64,000 bases of DNA, taken from assembly GCA_963850695.1 (NCBI GenBank), contig CAWKMJ010000001.1:931578-995577 (forward strand), written 5' to 3'. A model generated the notes under the pieces. That model did not search any database, was not told the DNA's origin, and was given only the letters and a program-made list of their open reading frames with translations. Shown in pieces: positions 60,989-64,000 of this stretch. Every line of letters begins with the position of its first letter. Position 1 is the first letter of the stretch. This DNA is from an uncultured Actinomycetes bacterium (lineage in GTDB: Bacteria; Actinomycetota; Coriobacteriia; Anaerosomatales; CAWKMJ01). Both the position numbers and the translations under genes were made by a program.

Positions 60989-61207
60989 GGTGACTGCTCC
61001 TAACAGGTAGATGCTAGTACGCGCTAGATGTTAGTCGCATCTAGTGAAGTCGTCAAGAGGAGCTCCTCTCTGGAACGCATCCGAACTCGCCGAACCCCGC
61101 CGAAACGGGTGATGTGCGCAGCTCAGTTGGGGTACGAACATGGAGCGGAGGGCGCGCGGCGCAGGCTCACTCGATCGACAGACCGCAACAGGACGAGAGG
61201 TCACACC

Positions 61208-62569
61208 ATGGCGCTGGAGGATGCGGGACCCAAGACTCGCTCGAAGGTGGGCAAGGCCGAGCGCGACAAGGTGGAGCCGTCTGAGCTTGGCGCGTGGGAG
61301 CCCGCGTCCGAATCGCCCGGATCCGGTGAAGCTCCTGGTCGACCAGGGCAAAGGTCGCGTCCAGAAGCTGCTGCCCATCAGGTATGGACGCATGTCGGAC
61401 ACGCCGTTCCGCTTCTACAGAGGTGCTGCGGCGATCATGGCGTGGGACCTGGGCAACGCCCCGTCCACAACGCTCAAGGCCCAGTGCTGCGGGGATGCCC
61501 ATATCAGCAACTTCGGCATCTTCGCCACACCCGAGCGCCGTCTCATCTTCGACGTCAACGACTTCGACGAGACGAGTCTTGCTCCGTTCGAGTGGGACGT
61601 GAAGCGTCTCGCCGCGAGCATCATCATCTGTGGACGAGGCAACGGCTTCTCCGACGACGACAATCGTCGCGCCACAACGACCGCGATCAAGGAGTACCGC
61701 GAGTCGATGGCGAGCTTCGCGGACGAGGGCACGCTCGACCTGTGGTACGAGTCGCTGGACGTCCACGAGCTCATGGACGAGCTGAACAAGAAGGCGAAGA
61801 AGCAGGCTCAGAAGGGCATCAAGAAGGCTGGTCGAGCGAACTAGTCTGGGCTCGCTGGACAAGCTCACGCGTGGTCGTTGACGGCAAGCGCATCATCAAG
61901 GAACGCCCGCACCTCATCGAGCGAGTGGATGCGGACGAAGAGAGACTCGTCGAGATGCAGCGTGCCTTCGGGGAGTACATCGCATCGCTGCCCGCAGAAC
62001 GAAAGAAGCTCGCCGAGAGGTTCTCCTACGTGGACGCGGCGTTCAAGGTCGTTGGCGTGGGCAGTGTGGGGACGCGCGCGTGGATCGTCTACCTCGAAGG
62101 CCAGGGTCCTGGCGAGGATCCGCTCTTCCTCCAGTTCAAGGAGGCCGACCGCTCGGTCCTCGAGGCGCACGCCGGCAAGAGTCGTTTCAAGCACTCGGGC
62201 CATCGAGTGGTGGACGGCCAGCGCATGATGCAGGCATCGAGCGACATCTTCCTCGGATGGACGACCGGCAGGGACGGCACCAACTACTACGGCAGGCAGC
62301 TCCGCGACTTCAAGGGCTCGTCTGAGCCGGACCGACTGGGGAGTCAAGGAGCTCACCGACTACTCCAAGGCCTGTGGATGGACGCTGGCCCGGTCCCACG
62401 CGCGCAGCCAGGACCCGGCGGTGCTGGCCGGCTACATGGGCAAGAAGAGTCACTTCGAGAAGGCGATGGTCAAGTTCGCCGAGACCTATGCGGACCAGAA
62501 CGAGCAGGACTACGAACGCCTCCTCGACGCCATCGACTCAGGGAAGATCGAGGCCGAGAAGGGGATCTA
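61208..62569 (+). pseudogene. DUF2252-family protein; about 3 frame breaks
   Basis: ATG at 61208. ..RPDPVKLLVDQGKGRVQKLLPIRYGRMSDTPFRFYRGAAAIMAWDL..CGDAHISNFGIFATPERRLIFDVNDFDET..FEWDVKRLAAS (61140..61844). Middle part in 61028..62932. Corrected tail ..ACGWTLARSHARS..YADQNEQDYERLLDAIDSGKIEAEKGI* with TAG at 62567-69. Confidence 0.8.
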
Positions 62570-62597
62570 GGTCCCCGGGACGGAGCTTCTCAGGCAC

Positions 62598-63191
62598 GTG
62601 GATCTGGAAACCACACCACAGGAAGCGTCCCTGGCCCTGACCACGGAGTACGACTGGGAGATCGAGCACCAGCTGGCGGTGACGCGCATCGCGCTGGAGC
62701 TCTACGACCAGCTCGACGAGCTCCATGGACTCGGCACGAGAGAGCGCGTCCTGCTCGAGTGCGCCGGGCTCATGCACGATATCGGCTGGGTGGGCGGCCA
62801 GAAGAAGCACCATCGTCGCTCGGCCACGATGATCATGGAGCGTGGAGTGCCGGGACTCGACGAGCAAGAACTCCTCATCGTCGCCGCGATAGCCCGATAC
62901 CACCGCAAGGCCATGCCCGATCCCGAGCATGAGATCTACGGTGACCTCGACGCCGGCGAGCAGGAAGTCGTGCGCTGGTGCTCGAGCATCCTGCGCGTGG
63001 CCGACGGTCTCGACCGAGCCCATGACAGCGCGGTCTCCGCAATCCGAGCTCAGATCGGCGAGGGGACGATCGAGCTCGCAGTCTCGTGCACCCGCAACTG
63101 CGATATCGACATCGCGGGAGGGCAGCGCAAGGTCGGGGCACTCGAGGCCGAGAGCGGCCGCGCTGTCCGTCTGGTCAGGGCACGGGATTAG
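62598..63191 (+). CDS. HD-domain protein of the Ppx/GppA C-terminal type (no ASKHA N-terminal domains)
   Basis: 197 aa, intact. LLECAGLMHDIGW..KKHHRRSATMI..LLIVAAIARYHRK..LRVADGLDRAH matches the HD module that ends exopolyphosphatase/GppA proteins. Confidence 0.7.
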   Translation: MDLETTPQEASLALTTEYDWEIEHQLAVTRIALELYDQLDELHGLGTRERVLLECAGLMHDIGWVGGQKKHHRRSATMIMERGVPGLDEQELLIVAAIARYHRKAMPDPEHEIYGDLDAGEQEVVRWCSSILRVADGLDRAHDSAVSAIRAQIGEGTIELAVSCTRNCDIDIAGGQRKVGALEAESGRAVRLVRARD

Positions 63192-63210
63192 AGATGCGAG
63201 GTGACACAGC

Positions 63211-64000
63211 ATGGTGAGACAGGCCAAGTTCCTGATTCCAGGCGTAGATTCGACCACGCCCCTCGGCGAGGCCGCAACGAAGATCCTGGTCTCCAAGTCC
63301 CGCAGGATGTTCGATCTCGAGGCGGCCGCCGCCGGAGGCAGCGACGTCGAGGCGGTCCACGACATGCGGGTCGCGTCGCGCAGGACACGAGAGGCGCTCG
63401 ACGCGCTGTCCCCCGCGTTCAAGGACAGGACCGCCGAGGAGCTGACCCTGATCGCCAAGACCGTCACCCGGTCTCTCGGTGCGGTGCGGGATGCCGATGT
63501 CTTCCTCGATGAGTTCACGCGATTGGCTGCGAGCGCCGAGGACGCGGCGGAGCGGGTCACGCTCGCCTACCTCATCGGTCGGCGGGAGGCAGAGCGTGCG
63601 GCCGCTCTTCGCAGGATGAGGAGGCGCCTCGGCCGACTCGACCTCAAACAGTCGCGCAAGCGCTTCCGCAAGGTCGCCGCAGCGACCCGCAAGGGCTCGA
63701 GGAAGCAGCCGCTCGTCATGCTCGCGCGCGAGGTGCTGAACGACCGCATGGACGTCGTCTACTCGTACCTGCCGGCCGCCCTCGAAGAGAGCAACGCGCC
63801 CGACCAGCACGCGATGCGCATCGCCTTCAAGCATCTCCGCTACGCGGTCGAGACCTTCGCCCCGTGCTTCGACGGCGGGTTCTCGCGAATCCACAACACC
63901 CTCATCGCCTTCCAGAACGTCCTCGGCGAGATCCACGACCTGGATGTCTTCGCTGAGGCCGTGACCGAAGCCCTCGACCAGGACGAGGCTATCGCCGCCG
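63211..64000 (+). CDS. CHAD-domain protein (3' end off the window)
   Basis: Own translation from ATG 63211 (frame 1, open to the window end; not in the ORF track because no stop is reached). ..VHDMRVASRRTREALD..LGAVRDADVF..QHAMRIAFKHLRYAVE..LGEIHDLDVF are the repeated CHAD helix motifs. Confidence 0.8.
   Translation, partial: MVRQAKFLIPGVDSTTPLGEAATKILVSKSRRMFDLEAAAAGGSDVEAVHDMRVASRRTREALDALSPAFKDRTAEELTLIAKTVTRSLGAVRDADVFLDEFTRLAASAEDAAERVTLAYLIGRREAERAAALRRMRRRLGRLDLKQSRKRFRKVAAATRKGSRKQPLVMLAREVLNDRMDVVYSYLPAALEESNAPDQHAMRIAFKHLRYAVETFAPCFDGGFSRIHNTLIAFQNVLGEIHDLDVFAEAVTEALDQDEAIAA

Noticed and set aside
1-64000. CRISPR arrays, IS elements/transposases, integrases, prophage genes, rRNA operons
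   Set aside because: I scanned the ORF translations and the sequence by eye. No transposase or integrase motifs, no regularly spaced short repeats and no rRNA-like segments were seen. The only repeats are the coding PD40 blades and the short direct repeats reported above.

Overview
GC-rich (by eye about two-thirds G+C, not computed) chromosomal window from what looks like an anaerobic, monoderm, high-GC bacterium. An Actinomycetota/Coriobacteriia-like origin is only an inference from gene content. Most genes are on the minus strand.

Housekeeping content: two purine-biosynthesis blocks (purF-purM-purN-x-purH and purC-x-purS-purQ-purL), pabB/pabC, panD, a fused otsA-otsB with mscS, trkH, a CPA2 antiporter, a 2-TM K+ channel, four tRNAs (Val-TAC, Glu-CTC, Glu-TTC, Lys-TTT, all with encoded CCA), vapBC and an OmpR-type two-component system.

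Accessory content of interest:
1. A divergently transcribed pair of paralogous giant multihaem c-type cytochromes. One has 11 and the other at least 13 CXXCH motifs, and each has a conserved CQxGGCH site. Each ends in two Ig-like modules and an unassigned beta-rich domain.
2. Three CWB2 (cell-wall-binding repeat 2) surface proteins. One is a 7-bladed PD40 propeller carrying the same Ig-like module as the cytochromes.
3. An orange-protein (ORP)-like cluster: two MinD/ferredoxin ATPases, two NifX/MTH1175-like proteins and a PadR regulator.
4. A LicC-like nucleotidyltransferase fused to a class I/II aminotransferase, next to a CDP-alcohol phosphatidyltransferase.
5. A translationally coupled four-gene operon of zinc-ribbon, WG-repeat and secreted proteins.
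6. A DUF2252 / HD / CHAD (polyphosphate-associated) trio.

Caveat: a large fraction of conserved genes are split over 2-7 reading frames. I interpret this as assembly indel error rather than biology. Frame-disrupted genes are typed 'pseudogene' and given as reconstructed full-length spans. Their exact junctions are approximate. No CRISPR array, IS element, rRNA or prophage was seen.
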